This document shows, one piece after another, positions 48,470 through 49,582 of a stretch of DNA of 49,582 nt (within the stretch, counting starts at the first letter, position 1; each line of letters begins with the position of its first letter). The notes beneath the pieces are model-generated. The model did no database searches. It saw only the letters and a list, made by a program, of their open reading frames with translations, and had not been told where the DNA came from. Both the position numbers and the translations under genes were made by a program. This stretch comes from Chiloscyllium plagiosum (lineage: Eukaryota), in the NCBI RefSeq assembly GCF_004010195.1, contig NC_057755.1, positions 10,680,934 to 10,730,515 of the forward strand. The letters run 5' to 3'.

Positions 48470-49060
48470 ATTCATTCATGTGATATGGACTTCACTGGCT
48501 GGACCAGCATTTATCAGCAGTCCCCAGTTGCCCCTCAACGTGGTTGAACTGCCTTCTTGAACTGCTACAGTCCAGCTGGTGTTAGTGTATCCACAATGTT
48601 TTTAGGGAGAGCATTCCAGGAATTTGACCCAACAATACTGAAAGAACTCTGACATATTTTCAATTGAGGATGGTGAGTGACTTGAAGGGGAACTTGCAAA
48701 TGGTGGCATTCAACCGTCTGCCTCCTTTGTTCATTTTCACATGAAATGTTGGTGGGATTGGAAGGTACTGTCTGAGCAGCCTTGGCAAACCTCTGCAATG
48801 CATCTCGTAGATGTCACACACTGCTGCTACTGTGCAGGGAGGGACTGAACGCTTGTGGATATGATGCTCGTTCAGCATGCTGCTGTATCCTGGATGGTGT
48901 TAAGCATCTTGTGTGTTATTGGAGGCGTACACATCCAGGAAAGTGGGATTAGTCTATCACATTTCTGACTTGTGCCTTGCTGCAGGACACCAATTGCCTG
49001 ACCTGCTCTTGTAGCCACAATATTTGATTGGCTGACACAGTTCAACTTCTGGCCCATTGA
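48470..49060 (-). mobile_element. Ancient LINE 3' fragment
   Basis: SWNALPKNIVDTLTPAGL, MLNTIQDTAAC; same family as 38490-38810. Confidence 0.65.
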
Positions 49061-49104
49061 AACCCACAGAGAGAATAAAGATGAAGTTTTCTGGCCGAAG
49101 TGTT

Positions 49105-49582
49105 CAATAACCCTTACTCCCCGAAACAGTCCTCAATCTCCTCAAAAGCTCACACTCTTAACCTCTTCCATACACTTCACCCCCTCAATAATCCTCAAAA
49201 CATTCTCCTCCACAACACATAATCCCATTCTCCTCTATCACACTCACACCCATTCCCCTCCATCACATTCACTGCCATACCCTTCCATAATCTTCATTCC
49301 CCTCAATAATCGTCACTCTCATTTCATCAATAAACCTCAGTCCCCTCAATAATCCTCAATTCCATTCTCCTCCATAACCTACTCTCCCCTCAATGATGCT
49401 CACTCCCAAACCCTCCATGACACTAATTCCCATCCAACTCCACAACCATCACTCCAATCACCTTCCATAAACCTAACTCCCCTCAGTAAACCTCACGCCC
49501 ATCCCTGTCCAAAACACTCACTCCCATCCACCTCCACAACCCTCTCTCACATCACCATCCATAACACCCACTCCCCTCAATA
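49105..49582 (+). repeat. Degenerate C/A-rich tandem repeat (~19-20 bp, CTCACTCCCCTCAATAATC-like)
   Basis: Almost G-free strand with recurring CCCCTCAATAA and CCTCCATAAC. Confidence 0.8.

Overview
Eukaryotic, repeat-rich vertebrate DNA with three N-gaps. It is most likely from a shark (inferred from HE1-type SINEs, CR1 LINEs and the Penelope-like repeat families). The first ~23 kb is a large imperfect inverted duplication (arm A 1-9672, arm B ~13795-23019). Each arm carries a 4-coding-exon NACHT-LRR (NLR) gene, and the two genes face tail-to-tail. Copy A has an 80-bp deletion that removes a splice donor. The spacer holds a two-exon GPR139/GPR142-like class A GPCR and a Penelope element with an inverted terminal repeat. 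Two more paralogues of this GPCR lie at 31.3-32.3 kb and 40.2-41.3 kb in tandem-duplicated blocks with a conserved TATA-proximal promoter. The rest is CR1/LINE, SINE, Gypsy/LTR and Penelope-like (PLE) debris. Several PLE terminal repeats carry recognisable minimal hammerhead ribozyme cores. These include tiny TSD-flanked insertions and a back-to-back palindromic double hammerhead at 37.2-37.4 kb. All alignments and counts were done by eye, and repeat boundaries are approximate.
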